Shown: piece after piece, positions 38,343 to 52,156 of the stretch
Layout of the letters: each line of letters begins with the position of its first letter
Position numbering within the stretch: the stretch's first letter is position 1
DNA from: Antechinus flavipes
Lineage: Eukaryota
DNA length: 64,000 nt
NCBI RefSeq assembly: GCF_016432865.1
Contig: NC_067403.1
Coordinates: 248,310,001-248,374,000, forward strand
Direction: 5' to 3'
Notes under the pieces: model-generated
What the model saw: the letters and a program-made list of their open reading frames with translations, nothing else
Databases searched by the model: none
What the model was told of the DNA's origin: nothing
Translations under genes and position numbers: made by a program

Positions 38343-38844
38343 AATTCTGCTCTGATCCTGGGAAAAGAACATTTTTTTTCAGATACTTTGTTATTCTTTG
38401 CTTGTTTTTTTTTTTTCTTTTTAGCAAAGTGAGGTAGAATGGGACTTGACAAGAACCCTTGACAAAAACTGAATTCTGGTTCTGCTTCTACCATCTCTTA
38501 ACTGGGTTAGGTGGCCAAGTCACTGAACAGCTCTAATTTTCAATTTATTCTTCTTTGAAATGGTTGTAATAGTGCAGATGGAATCAGGAATACCTGAATT
38601 CAAATCTTGACTTGTTGTGTGACCCTAGGCAAGTTTTTTTAACCATTTGCCTCAACAACAAAAACAAAAATAAATATTTGTAATAGTCACAGGCTTGAAA
38701 ACAATCAAAAAGTTTTCATGAATTTCAAATCTGAAAGTGCCCATTAAAAAGGTGTAAAATCTTCACAAAATGAGGCGTTAAAAATTACTGAACTTGGTGC
38801 TAGTTATGATATGAATTATTTGCTTTTTTATTGACTAAAAGTCA

Positions 38845-38960
38845 GTCAGTTAACAAATATTTATTAAGTACCTACTAGGTACTTGGCATTGTTCTGAGGG
38901 CTAGGAATATTTTTTTTTAAAGAGCAAAAGACTGTCCATTCTCTGAAGGAGAAGAGTATT
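38845..38960 (+). mobile_element. L2-terminus-like relic
   Basis: tcagtcagttaacaaatatttattaagtacctactaggtacttggcattgttctgagggctagg. Confidence 0.6.
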
Positions 38961-39329
38961 GAATAATAAATGTAATACGAATTTAATTGTATGTGTTTCT
39001 TTGCTTTAAAAAACCACAATATTTATATCTAAACTAACCTTGCTAGCAAAAAATTTCTTTGGATATTTGGTCTCTTAGAGGCAGCTTTTTGGAACATTGG
39101 AAAAATCATTGGTCCTGGAATCTGGGCTTCCCTCCATTTCCTCAGGTGACCTTTTTGCTTCTGCTAGATGGGCTTGCCTGTCCAAATAATGATTCCTGGT
39201 CAACAGTTTGTTTTAATGGTAATAATAAGGATTATAAGCACTTTTTCTCCTGTAGAAATAATATTCCTAGATAATGACTGTTGAAGCTGGGCTGATAGTC
39301 TGGAGAATATTCCTCAAAAAAGGTTTCCA

Positions 39330-39580
39330 ATGCAGTGTAGTGGTGGTGTTCAGTCATTTCATTATTGTCTGATTCTTTGTGATCCTATTTGGATTTTTCT
39401 TGACTAAAGTGGTTTGCCATTTCTTTTACAAACTCATTTTCTGCATGAAGAAACAAGATTAAGTGATATGTGAAGAGTCACATAATTAATGAGTGTCTGA
39501 GACCAGATTTGAACTCAGAAGATGAGTTTTCCTGACTTCATGCTATGTTACTCTATCCACAGTGCCACCTAGATGCCCTC
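39330..39580 (-). mobile_element. Mar1-like CORE-SINE
   Basis: gttcagtcatttc...gtggtttgccatttc...ccagatttgaactcag...ctctatccacagtgccacctagatgccc. Confidence 0.8.
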
Positions 39581-39640
39581 CCTCTTTTGTGACCTCTTCT
39601 TTAATTTTGCATATAAAAATATTCCCTACATGGTACTACA

Positions 39641-40203
39641 TGTAAGAAACAAAATGTCTTACCAAGAACTCTCCTGACTTATTGACGAATTCAAAAAAGA
39701 TTTTATTTTATGTTTTTGCAAAAATGGTGTATAAGCTAATAGGTAGGTCCTTGAAGCTCAAAAGGCATTATTCCAAAAGGCAAGGCTCTCTCTGCTTTCC
39801 CTCATTGGTCGGATTAGAATCTATCCAAAGAGCCTAATTCTCCACTTGAGTCTCCACTCTAGTTATATCTCCTCTTGTTGTTCCCCTTATTTGGACATAA
39901 TTCAGTCCCTCCTTGATTTCCCTTTGGCTGGGTACTACAAAGATTAGAGCCTATATGGGGAGCCTCATTTACCCATGTGATTTTTCACCTCTGATCACAG
40001 TTGTGAGTCTGAGTCCCCTTGTTCCATGTCAGCCTAATCTTTAGATTTTCTTTCTTATATTTCACTTTCTCTTGTTTCCCCTGATTTCTGTCATTTCTTT
40101 AAGTTTCTTAACTCTGTGGAAACTAAATCTACGTTCAATTCTCAAACACAGAAGTAGAGTCTGAAATATCTCCCCAGAAAGAACCTTTATTCATTGTCTA
40201 ACA
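39641..40203 (-). mobile_element. Possible solo LTR of another family
   Basis: Minus TGTTAGA...TCTTACA (6/7 inverted termini), AATAAA ~55 nt from the 3' end; no TSD found. Confidence 0.4.
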
Positions 40204-40521
40204 ATGTCTAATAATTGTCTAATAATAAATAATAATTTATCCAGATTACTTAGTATCTCCTCTTGAGATCTTCCTCAGGGAAGTGATTCACTGATACAGA
40301 AGAGTTATTCCAGAAACTCACCTATAGTGATAGCTAATCAAAGATGACTAAGACAAAGTAAGTGGAGGTCAGATTCTGTTGCATATGGTAGTTGGAGCCC
40401 ATATATGAATATGGATTGAAAAACATGAAAGAATACAACACTCTACAACTTTCCAAGTGTATTATCCCTGTGCAGTTACATTTACATGGAACTTTGAGGC
40501 TTCTAAAGCACTTTACACATG

Positions 40522-42596
40522 CCATCTTATTTAATCCTAATAACAATCCTGCAAGACAGGAGCTATTATTGTTCTAATTTTATAGGTGAAGAAACGTGGG
40601 CTAAGGACTTTTAAGGGTCAGACCCCTAGTTAATGACTATGGCAGCATTCAAACTCAGTTCTTGATTTCAATTCCAGATCTCTACATTCAATATGATCAA
40701 ATGGCTTATGAATCATAAACTCTTTGAAGATAGATTACCTTATTTTATGTATTTGTTTTCTTATGATAAGCAGAGAATTCAGTGCAAAATAAATATTTGT
40801 TAAAAGCGGTTCTATTCATTCATCTTCTAGGAAATAAATATGCTAAGGGATGGGAAATCAAAAATAAAAAGTCATTGATTATGCCTATCACTGAGGTTAT
40901 AAAGAAAAAACAGTAAGAAATATAATGATCTTGTTAGATTAATGGAAAAGGATATTAATTTTTAAATATGCCTGAATATTATTACAATTTCACATTCCAT
41001 TTCAAATTTATTGGTGGAGTGGTAAAGTTTATTTTTTTTTCATGCTTTTCAACCCCCATTCATAATGGTCATAATTTGGAAAGGTGAATAAAAATTTACA
41101 TATTTGCTATAACTCATTATGGTCCCAGATATCTGGCAGTAATAATACCATGTGAATACAAGAACAGGTGCCAAAGGTCCCATGGAAATTGTTGAGAGGG
41201 ATAAAATGAGGGAATCATAGAGTCTTAGAATCGAGGAGCTCTCAGAGATCATGAAATCCAATCCATGTCCCAAAAGGAATATTCTTTCTAATACCCCAAG
41301 TAAGTTGATTCCCCCATTGAAATTTTAAAGTGAAAGAGAATTCTTCTGCCAATTATAAATTACTTCATTTCTTTTGGAAATGCTTTCTTGCACCAAGCAA
41401 AATCACTTCTGAACATTCCAGTCATGGAATATTCCTGTTCTGCCTTCTAGGGTAAAGTAGAATGTGTCAAATCCCTTTTCCAGAAGCACATCTACAAAAT
41501 TTCCCTCCATCCCACAATCATATAAATTTTCATTCTCCAAGATGAATATATTCAATTCCTTTTCTATTTCTCACGTGCAACAATCTTCAGTAAACATCCT
41601 CCCTGAATGTTCTAGGTATCAATGTCTTTCATAAAATGTGACTCCCAAGACTGCATAAAATACTCAAGAGATAGCCTAAAAAAAATCAAAATATAGCAGT
41701 AACATTACCTCCCTCATTTGGAGCAAATAATTTCTCAATATACTCATGTATGTCATTACATTTTTTTCCCAAAGTCCTACTATTGACTGGTATTATAATA
41801 TCTGTCCATTAAAATCCACTGAACTTTTAAAAATGAACTATGCCTTTTTTATAGTGACCCATTATTAATTGTTTCCAGGCACAAATAATCGAGATCCTAA
41901 AGGGAGAAAGTAGAGTCAAAGTAGTAGAAGAAACATTAAAAACCTGCTTTGTATCCAACTGAAATTTCTTGGCTAACATGGACCGTGTTTAAATTTAGAA
42001 AATGACTTAAGAGTTTTTTTTCTCTTTTTCATTAACTCATTATTATATAAAAATCTATGATAGAAAGAAACTGAGGCAGAAAGTTCCAAGCAAATCAATT
42101 TATTAGCAAGGCTAGCAATTATGAATTAAAGGGATCCAAGGCTTTTTCTTTAGTCTAGCATACAATTGACAATCAGAGATGCTTTTTTGTAGAATTAGGT
42201 ACCGAAGGTTCAGAAACAGTCCTATAATGCAAAATAAAGTGAGTCTCAGACACAGAGGAATGATGGACTTTGCTTGGCTTGTCTCAAAGCAGGAACTTCC
42301 ACAACAGAGAGCAACAAGAATTTAAAATTCATTTAACATCCCTTAGAAAGTCTCAGACTAGGCAAACATCATATGAACAGCATGATTCATCTTTGTCAAT
42401 GGTAAAAATATAAGAAACTTGAATCTTTACCATTGGACTTAAGCCCATATGAATAGAATAAATTCTTTTAAATTTTACTGATTCGGCTAACATAATTTTC
42501 TAAATTTGATCCATCAGATTAATTCCAGTGACAAGATACAATTATCAATCAAGAATTAATAAAGTTCAAAATAAAGTAGGTATCAGTTTTCAATTT
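40522..42596 (+). repeat. Segmental duplication copy 1 (partner 62211-64000)
   Basis: Near-identical by eye, apart from 125-bp and 162-bp deletions in the partner. Confidence 0.95.
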
Positions 42597-42954
42597 CACA
42601 CCACCCTCTGAAGGGAATTGTTCCTGGAAAACCAATTTACATACTGATAGTATAATACTTCTCAAGTCTCTGCCAATATGATAAAGAAAAGTCTCAAGCC
42701 AGTAAAAAATAATTCATTGGTCAGAATTTTTATTTCATAATCCAGAAAATTCAAAATATTTTAAGATCACATGAATTCCTATTCAGACATAGAAACACAT
42801 AAAGCACCCAAAGAACCTTTTAGCTAAAAAGGAATTGATTGACATCAGGATACTGACTTTGCATTAAAATACCTCTCTCCCATAGGATCATTGAAAGCCC
42901 CTTCCAGGTTCTTGTAACCCTCTAATTGTTTATATTCTTTCCTAAAGACTGACA

Positions 42955-43190
42955 TACTGTGGTGGTGTGTTAGAGCCAGCTCCAACTGTTTTGAAAAAAA
43001 GATAATTTAAATTTGATCATCAGTATTTAAAATGTAGAAATCAGTAAATGATACAAATCAAGCCTTAATTTATTGTTTTGTTGAAAATTGAGACTTCATA
43101 AATTGATGGAGAAAATAATATGGATTAAATTTTAAAATTTGTCATGGATAAAGTTTGCTTTTTTTCGCTTTCCAGAGAGCTCTCTGAGAA
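42955..43190 (+). mobile_element. Possible non-autonomous DNA transposon relic (hAT-Tip100-like)
   Basis: tgtggtggtgtgttagagccagctcc...aaatcaagccttaatttattgttttgttga resembles a common marsupial MITE with CAGTGGTGTGCTGG termini (from memory). Confidence 0.4.
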
Positions 43191-43212
43191 AAAGAAAGAT
43201 ATATAACTAAAG

Positions 43213-43350
43213 TCATTTTCTTCTCACATCTTTCATAAAACTCTTATATTGTTCCTTAAATAATAAATCAGAGGATTCAACATGAAGGTGATCATGGCAT
43301 AGAATATAAACACCATTTTGTTTATGTCCATTGAATACTTTGAACTGTAT
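43213..43350 (-). pseudogene. Degenerate OR TM7 stub
   Basis: Minus frame LQYSSKYSMDINKMVFIFYAMITFMLNPLIYYLRN. Confidence 0.8.
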
Positions 43351-43906
43351 TGAAGCTCCCTCGGTGCCCCTAAAACAAAGGTATTTTAGGGACACCTCTG
43401 AGCTGGGGTTGCTGAATAAGGAATGCCAATACCATCCAAGGTACACTTCCCAAGTGACTCTATGACTTTGCCCTCCAAAAATTTTGTTGTTCAAAAAGGT
43501 GGGGATTATTTTTCTCTTTCTAGAAGGATAATAGCTGGAATCTCTATGTAATGTCTGTATGTATGTGTATACATATGTGCCATTCATTCCACACAACACT
43601 CATAAGACATGGGATACTATTAAGCCACATCATACATGAGGAAAATGAGACAGAAAATGTCAATTCCTTGTCTAGGGCTAAACAATATAAAAATACACAA
43701 GACAGAATTTAAATTCAGGGCTCTCTTAACTCCATGTCTATTGCATTCTCAACTAAGTGATGTTGCCTCTGACAAAGTTTGAATTATATTCCTTGGTGCA
43801 TAAGAAAAATAACTTGACTGGGAGGGACTGGATCCTAGAGTTGGGGGGGTGGGGAGAGATATACATTGGATTTTCTTTTTTTAAAAAAAGGACTATCTAA
43901 TTAAAG

Positions 43907-44827
43907 TCACCTTCCTCTCACAGTTTTCATAAAAGCATTCTTGACATCTTTGTTCCTCATACTATAGATCAGAGGGTTTAACATAGGGATGACGATGGTG
44001 TAGAATACAGACACTGTTTTGTCTATATCCATTGAATGGCTAGAGCTGGGCTGCAGGTACATGAAGATGATTGTCCCATAAAATATAGACACTGCTATGA
44101 GATGGGAAGCACAAGTGGAGAAGGCTTTCTGGCGGCCTTCAGCAGAATGGATCTTCAGGATGGTGATGAAGATTAAGAAGTATGAGGTGAAGATAACGAT
44201 AAATGGAAAAAAGACAGTGATTGACCCTATGATGAAGATTACTAATTCAATTATGTGAATATCAGAACAAGAGAGAAATAGGAGAGGAGGAATATCACAG
44301 AAAAAGTGATGGACTATGTTGGACCTACAGAAAGAAAGGCTAAAAATATTCCCTATAACTATGGAGGAGGTTAAAAAACCACAGAGGTGAGTGCCACTGG
44401 CCAGAATTGCACATAGTGTTGAAGTCATGGTGGTGGTGTAATGTAGAGGCTTACACACAGCTGCATGGCGATCATAGGCCATGGAGGCTAAGAGGAAACT
44501 TTCAGTAGTAGCAAAGGTCCCGACAAAGAACAATTGTGTAGCACATCCATTATAAGAGATGATTTTATCCCCTCTGAGAAGCCCAGCCATCACCTTAGGA
44601 GTAACAGCTGAAGAGTAGCCAAAATCCACAAGAGAGAGATTACTGAGGAAAAAGTACATGGGAGTGTGGAGATGGGAATCCCAGGAGATCAGAGCTACTA
44701 TGCCCAGGTTCCCAACCAAGGTGATGAGATAGATGAAGGTGAACATGATGAAGAGAGGGACCTGAAGCTCTGGATCATCTGTTATTCCTAGAAGGATAAA
44801 CTCATTCACTTTTGACTTGTTTTCCAT
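43907..44827 (-). CDS. Olfactory receptor, class II, OR5B-like (OR-4)
   Basis: Intact ORF. The track start at 44836 is GTG, so the first ATG is 44827 (MENKSKV, 306 aa). Acceptor at 44857-44858. Confidence 0.96.
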   Translation of the reverse strand: MENKSKVNEFILLGITDDPELQVPLFIMFTFIYLITLVGNLGIVALISWDSHLHTPMYFFLSNLSLVDFGYSSAVTPKVMAGLLRGDKIISYNGCATQLFFVGTFATTESFLLASMAYDRHAAVCKPLHYTTTMTSTLCAILASGTHLCGFLTSSIVIGNIFSLSFCRSNIVHHFFCDIPPLLFLSCSDIHIIELVIFIIGSITVFFPFIVIFTSYFLIFITILKIHSAEGRQKAFSTCASHLIAVSIFYGTIIFMYLQPSSSHSMDIDKTVSVFYTIVIPMLNPLIYSMRNKDVKNAFMKTVRGR

Positions 44828-47800
44828 AGATGTCACTTGAGAATAATGTCATCCACCTGAAAGAAAAGAGTAGTCACCAGAAAACCCAGTTTGTGCGACT
44901 ACTAACTCCAAGATATAAAACATGGTCAGAGACTTATCTTAAGTAAGGGCTAGAAATAAGGAATTCAGAGATCAATTACATCTAGATAGTTGTCACAAAA
45001 GTTGTTCTAGGTTTCAAAATTCATTGATCAATTTTCTCATAGAGAGTCCTTCATGCATTTCTTCTCACCAGTTTTTCATCTACTCCATATTAGCCAATCA
45101 CCAAAATGTTATTTTCCCTTTCAAGAAAGGGAAGTACCTTATTTTCTGGCAAAAATCTGCATTCAAAAATGAATTATTCTTTCTTAGAGTTAAGAGTGAC
45201 TTTTTTATCTTAATATGCTTCATTCTGATGAATAAAAAGAGAAAAGAGGAATAAAGTAGAAAAAAATAAAATAAGAAAAAAATTAAAAGATAGAGAAGGA
45301 GAGAATCAAAGAAAGTTTGACTGGGATTTTGCTATAATGCTGCTTAGTCACAGAATTATAGTGACTGAAAGTTCTGTGCAATGAACTGAAGTGGCCAGTT
45401 CCTGAAGAGGAGCAGATGTTAATAGACACCAGTTGCATAGTTGTGGGAGTCATGGTCAAAATGTCAATGATAAATCATATAATTATAAATGTATGATTTC
45501 TAAATTTGTTTCCTTCACACACCTTTTTCCTTTTTAAATTTTCCACCACTGTCATTGTAAAAGCAGAAGATGGCTACAAACAGGGGCAGTTTATACCTTA
45601 ATTCACTATTCACTTTTCTGGGTCCCAAAGAAATCACAACTACAGAATGTATTTCCCTATTTTAATGTCAGTTCTCCACTCTTTTGATTATCTCTAATTT
45701 AACTTGGATATAGTTTGTACATAGTTATTCACACATTATCTTCAGATTATGCATTATTTGAAGGCAAAAATTATTTTATTTTTCTTTGTTTGCTCAGTGT
45801 TTAACTTCGTTCTGGGATACAGAGCAGAAATTTAATCAATGCTTATTGTCTTCCTCATTGTTTAATAGTAATCCAGTGGCCTTTGAGCATGAGATAAATA
45901 CATAATCCATTTTTAGGTACTATTATAAGCATTTACAATTGGGAAAAGGCTGCCATGTACACCACTTATACTTAGGGTATTTTAGTTTCATCTCTATCAC
46001 AATGAGTCATTACAGATTTTCACACAAGTGGTAAACAGATTTCAACATGCTGTCTCCTGTATCTTTAAAAAAAATAGTAAACAGAATTAGAGATTCAAAT
46101 CACCCTAGTTCCTCAAAGAACATCTGCCTCAGTTTACTTGTGACTAGAACTCATCTCTACCAAAAACACCTGTCAAAAGTCATGTAATATTGGAAAAAGA
46201 GAAGAACTAGTAAACTAGCAAGAATGAAAGACAAGTGATATACATACATGCATACATATATGCCTCTTGGGCTCCCCTAGGAATTATATTTAGCTAGAAG
46301 ATATATTAGACTTTATAGACTCTCCAATATAGGAACACAAATCTGGCTAGAAAGATAACATTTAGACTTGGGGAATAAAACTCATAACTGGAATATAATT
46401 CTGGAAAGATTTTCCCCTTATTTCAATGACAAGGGGTAGAAAGCAGCAGGATCTTGTATTTTTTTTTATTAGACTGGGAAAATATAGTTATATGAAGAAA
46501 TCCAGGAACCATGGGGAAACGTGGTGAAAAGCACCATGGTTATTATCAGTACTGAAGGAGTGTTCAATTATCTGGGCATCTGCCATAAAGTTCTTTCTTA
46601 TTCTGCCTCTCTCATTCTATCTCCCTGTCTTTCAATCTTGTTCTCTGTCTCTCTGTATCTTTGCATTTTTGTCTGTGTCCGTCTTTCCCTGTCTTTGTTG
46701 CCTCCCTTTTTTATCTGCTTACTTCTCTGTGTGCTCTTCTTTCCTTTATCTATTACACATGCATCTCTCTGCCTCTCCTCCCAAAGAACAGCTTTTGCTT
46801 TTTTAGTGAAAATGAATTTTTTTATCCATTGAAAGTTCAAAAATTAAGAAATATCTATGAGGAAGTTCTATTATTCATTTGATTATCATAATTGAGAGGG
46901 AATTGTTAGGTAGAATCAAAATAAATGGCAATGTTACAAGAGTAGAATGAAAATAATTAAATTACTCTGAAGCTTGAGATAGATAAAAAAAAAAAAAATC
47001 ACCAAGCAAAAATGTCTATTAAGCTTAAGAGTCAATTCCAGGCATTTTAGCAGAAGGACAAAATAATATCCTATGTATCAATTCTTTAGGGAGTTAAATT
47101 TGAAATGAGGGAATAGAAACATTTCAAAAATGAAATTGAAGATATAGGGGGGAATTTATAATTAGACAGATTAAGATGTGAAAAAATATTTCAGAACAGA
47201 AATAAATGAGTGGTAACCAGGAATGAATGCAAAAGCAGATCTTATGTTACAGAAATAGAATCAGGGAAATTTCAGGGCTCAAAATGAATTGGGAGAGACC
47301 CAGAAAGCAGATAACTACAAATGGATTGGTATTTTTTTTTAAATGAGTATTTATGGAAACAAAGGATAATTTAAAAAAAAGAACTGGACTGATTTTCTGG
47401 ACAGGTAAGGCAAATACAATGAATGAGAAGCAAATTCAGAGCTCTTCAATTTTATTTTTCTTCTATTTTCTCTTGCAATGAAAAATATTTCTAGATTTAG
47501 AAAAAGAGAAGTGTAACTAATAGCAGGTTGCTGCCAAAGATAACAAGGACTAGCACTTATATTATAGTGGAGTGAAGGAAAATAGCATTTATACAGCATC
47601 TATTATATGTCAAGCACCCTGCTGCACTTTATAAATATTCTCACAACCTTGTAAAGTAGGTACTGTAATTATTCACATTTTAAAATTGAGACAAACAGAA
47701 GTTAAATGACTTGCCCAGAATTGCTGCTTAAGTATCTATGAGCATTTGAGCTCAGGATGTCTTAATTCCAGTCCTACTGCTCTACCCACTCTACCAGAGC

Positions 47801-50747
47801 TGCTTCTTTAAAGTTTACAATGTATTTTAAATATATTGGATCATTTGAACCCTACAACAATTTTGTAACTAACATACATAGCAAATAAGAAAGCCAATTT
47901 GACCTTGCATTGAAGGGAGAGATAGAGTATCCAAACATACAATGGTGGTCCTCTCTATTCTTGGAGCACATTTCAGAATTTCATTCATTGAGACTAGAGA
48001 TCTTCCAGAGAAGCTCAGCCAGCATGACAAAGGACTTTGAAATTTAGCCATATGGGGATTGATGGAACAAACTCATCTTCTAGTTCAGAGATGCTAAACT
48101 ATAGGTGCCAGGATAGAGGATGGGATTGAAAATTTCTTGAAGCATATGAAGAACTGAGATATAGAAAAAGGATTTAGTTTGTTTTATTTGTACCCCCCCC
48201 CAAAAAAAAACAACCCAGCAACAAAGGGAAAAGGTTGAGAAGAAACAAATTTAAGTGTGATGTAAGAAAAATATTCTAAAAACATTGTTATTCGGAAGTA
48301 AAAAGGGCTTCCTTAACATATACTGGATTTCCCATTTCTTGAAATCTTTAGGGGACTACTTGGCCTCTTCTTTAACATATCACAAACATAATCAGCAAAT
48401 ACATACTCACACATTTATATGTGTGTATATGTGCATGTATATATGTTTATATGTATGTATATGTACATACACACACACACACAAAGACAGAGAGAGAGAA
48501 AGAGAAAGAGAAGGAGATAAACAGTCAGAGATAAACAGAGACACACAGAGAGAGACAAGCAGAAAGACAGAGAATTACAGAATTACAGAAAGAGAGACAA
48601 AGGTGGACATTATTGTTCATTTCATAGGAAAATTTAACTGTTAGCACTTTTTGTCACTGTGATTATACATGTCACTTCAACTCAGAGCCTCATTTCACTC
48701 ATATGTCAAAAGAAGATAAAATTGATGGCACCTACATTATAGTACTGTTTTGAGTCTAGACTGTGAAGTACTTTGAAAATTTCAAGCTTTCTTTAAATGT
48801 TGTCTACTATTGTTTTAATTATTAATACTTCTACTACCTGTGTTATCTGTCAAAAATATCTTAAGTTCTTTTACCCCTAGAATACTATGGAGCTCTCCTT
48901 GCTCGTCAATAAAGGAAAAAATATCAGTCTAGATAATGTCTGAGATCCTTTCCAGTTGTAAATTCATCATCCTATGATACTTTGCAACTCTGTTAATTTA
49001 GACACTTATCATTCTTCATTGTCCTGCTGTAAAATAACTTCTTTCTAATGGGGTTGATGTGTGATTTCTAAGCAATTAGAAAATAAATACCTGTTTCATT
49101 GACTATTCAAGGAGTAGAAAAAAGTCAACTTTTACAATAAATACAATCAATCATTTTAATATAATAGGAACAATATTAAATATAATACATGTTTATTATG
49201 ATTTATAGTAATATTGATGTCATATATGGTACTGAAGCCATTTTGATGATTGATATTATTGAATCAAACAATGTGTAGACATAGTATATGATAATCCTTC
49301 TCAGTGATGTATTCCAAGTTGAGTCAAGAGACTTGCATTTTTATGTCTTGAGAGAGCTGTTCTTAATCTCCAGGGCTGACAAGGAAATTGAATTTCTATT
49401 CAGAAATATCTATTTTTGGTGGATAGTACTATTTTGTTAAGAATTTTTGGTTAGGAGCATGAAAACTTGGATTGTAATCTTGCGATGAAATGCAATAATT
49501 CTGTAACCTCATAGAAATTAATCAAGCCTTTTATACTTTTTTTGAAAAAAAATTAAAAACATAAATACAAAATAGATAAAGGAAATAAATTGCTATGTGT
49601 ACAGCATAACAAAAAAGAGGATTCAAAATATTAAGCAATAAATTTGCCTTTTGTACTTCTATCTTTCTTATTTGGAAAATAGGAAGAATATTTCTCCAGG
49701 TATGGAGGCCACATAGTGCCTGTGAGGAAGATGTTTGCCAAGATTCAAATGCTACAGAAATGACCTACCATTGTCAGTTCTGTACTCTTCTAAACTTTGT
49801 TATCAACCCACTTCCTCGAGAATTGAATTCAATATCCTGCACACAATATGCCTTTAATCAAGTTAATTGTTAACAATGTAATTATTATCAAGCAGAAAAT
49901 TATTTAATTTTGTGTTTATTAGGAGTATACAGTTTCCCATCACTCAGATTGCTCCTTTGCTAGCTGAAGAATGATGAGCTTGAAAAGCTACAAGTAATGG
50001 ATAATACCTAGTAGATAAAAGTGGATAATGGATAATAGCTATTATTATTTATAATAATATATATTATATTATTGGATATAAATATATCCAATATGTGTAT
50101 TAGATATATTGGATATTTAAATACAATTTATATGCATGAGTTCATTTGAATCTGGAGAAAACCCTATGAGAAAAGTATCACAGTTGTAATTATACACTAT
50201 TTTTGAATAAGGAAATGAAAGCCAAGCAACTTACCCATGATGAGAGTGAGTTAGTTATCTCAGAGATAATGAAGAATTTTATCCAGGTCTATCCTATCTC
50301 CAGGTCTAGTTGTATTATGTTTCTGTCTCCATGAGCACTATAACCTTGGGTTGATATCCTACAACCTCCCTGGTCTGATTATGGATAAAGGTGGCCATGA
50401 CTCCAAAGACAAAAGTTAACAAAGAACTTTATATTCAGTGGTTGACCTTGAAGTCCTAAGCTTAGGGAGCCTCTGATCTCATGGAGAAATTATTTGCTAG
50501 TCACTGGGGCAAAGAGTTCAAAGTTTTCTAATAGCAGAATGGTCATTTTTTTTATCATTGTTTTGGCATTGATTTCATTTAGCTCATTTTCAGCAAATAG
50601 AAAACAAATTAGATGGATAAATAAATGAGTTGGAGAATTTGACCCACCACAGTGCTGAATTCTATAATGGAATCTATAATGTTTCAGTATCAGTAGCAAA
50701 AATTGGAGATGAGGCATGGTCTTTATGAAGACCTTGGAGTCCTTCAG

Positions 50748-50821
50748 CTCTTGGGAGATGGTGGTCCCTTGGAGATACCTGGCAGCTCTATTGCCAATTC
50801 AAGAACAAAATAAGCCATTAA
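50748..50821 (-). promoter_or_regulatory. Putative OR-4 promoter cassette
   Basis: ctcttgggag (50748), gtcccttggaga (50764), tggca-N7-tgccaa, cattaa (50816). Confidence 0.6.
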
Positions 50822-51159
50822 ATTCTGCTCTCACAATGGGAAAAAAGAGTATTTTCTCATGGGTACTTTATCATTCTTAGCTTGTTATTAGCAAAACAAA
50901 GTAGAAAAGGTGGTAATGGCCATTGTCAAAAGTTAGTTTCTAGTCTTTCTTGTACCACCTCCTAGCTATGTGACAAGTCACTGAATATCTCCAGAGTTCA
51001 GTTTATTCATCTTTTAAATGGATATGATAAACTCAGACTAGTCTACCATCAGAAGGACTTGGTGAAGATCAAATGTGACTCTGGACATGAAACAAAAATA
51101 TAGTGAAAAGATCACTGAAGTTGGTATTAGAAGATTTGCTATGGAATTTATGGTCATGT

Positions 51160-51540
51160 GTTTCTCCTGCCCCTCCCCTCCCAAAAATAATTTCCCCTTT
51201 TCCTCTCCATTGTAATATATGTTATGGACTCCTTTTATATCAGATTAATTTATTCCATTATATATATATATATATATATCCTTTTCTCCTTTTCCCAATA
51301 CTTTCCTCTTTCTCAATTCTTAATTTTATTTAAAAGAAATTATCCCACCATATTCAACTCACACCTATGCCCTCTGTGTATACTTCTAGTGGCTCTAAAA
51401 TAAGAAAAAAAAATATTAGGAACTGTATCGTTTTGCCATGTAGGAATGGAAACATTATCCTTATCAAATCTTTTATAATTTCACTTTCCTGTTCCATAGT
51501 TCCAAATTTCTCTTATTGTTTTGTTGATGGTTTAATCTTT
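51160..51540 (-). mobile_element. Old L1-derived fragment 3' of OR-5
   Basis: catattcaactcacacctatgccctctg...ccatgtaggaatggaaac; longest of the three copies. Confidence 0.55.
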
Positions 51541-51804
51541 AGAAAGTGATAGAGAAAATAATAATGCTAGTTAAATTTTAAATTGGGTTATGTGAATTCT
51601 TTTTTTAATTGAATGTCAAGTTCTAAGTATTTCCCAGTTCACCTCTGGTTTAGGGTCTAGCAAATATCAGTGGCATTACCATTAAAACTGTGTTTTCTAA
51701 ACTATTAAGGATTTTTGCTGTCTAAATAGTAAATGTTTTAGAACTCATAAAGCTGATCTTCCTCTTTCTAAAAGGATAGAAGCTAGAATCATAATATCAT
51801 GCTT

Positions 51805-51806
<2 letters not shown>

Positions 51807-51842
<36 letters not shown>
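51807..51842. repeat. (GT)n microsatellite
   Basis: Direct reading. Confidence 0.9.
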
Positions 51843-51846
<4 letters not shown>

Positions 51847-52156
51847 CATTCCACAAAAAAAAAAAAAAACAATAAATATGGTATGCTATTAAAGCCATTT
51901 AAATAGGAGGAAACTGATGTTGAGACATTAAGTAGCTTGTCAAAGGTATGAAACATAAAAGTATCTGACAGGGAATTTAAGTTCATGTCTCTTCTAACTC
52001 TGAGTCTATGACACTTTCTACTATATGATGTTGTCTCTAAAAAGGTTGGTAAATACTTTGTGTGCACAAGAAAAAGAGCCTAATTTGAGGGATGGTTCCC
52101 AGAGGAAAAAAGATGCAGGTTGTATTTTCTAAGAAAAAAAGATGATCTATTTGAAG

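Noticed and set aside
38741-38753. 11/13 match to the H/P-element homeodomain 13-mer AACTTTTTAATGA
   Set aside because: Single copy, two mismatches, AT-rich background, and not seen in the other units.
41049-41273. 74-84 aa ORFs conserved between 41049-41273 and 62738-62992
   Set aside because: The similarity only reflects the recent duplication; they overlap L3/MIR-like relics and show no domain.
43213-43599. 128-aa ORF as a novel gene
   Set aside because: Off-frame reading of the OR TM7 stub plus flanking DNA.
44828-44836. GTG start for OR-4 (MTSMENK)
   Set aside because: An in-frame ATG in good context follows at 44827, matching OR-5 and the usual MEN start.
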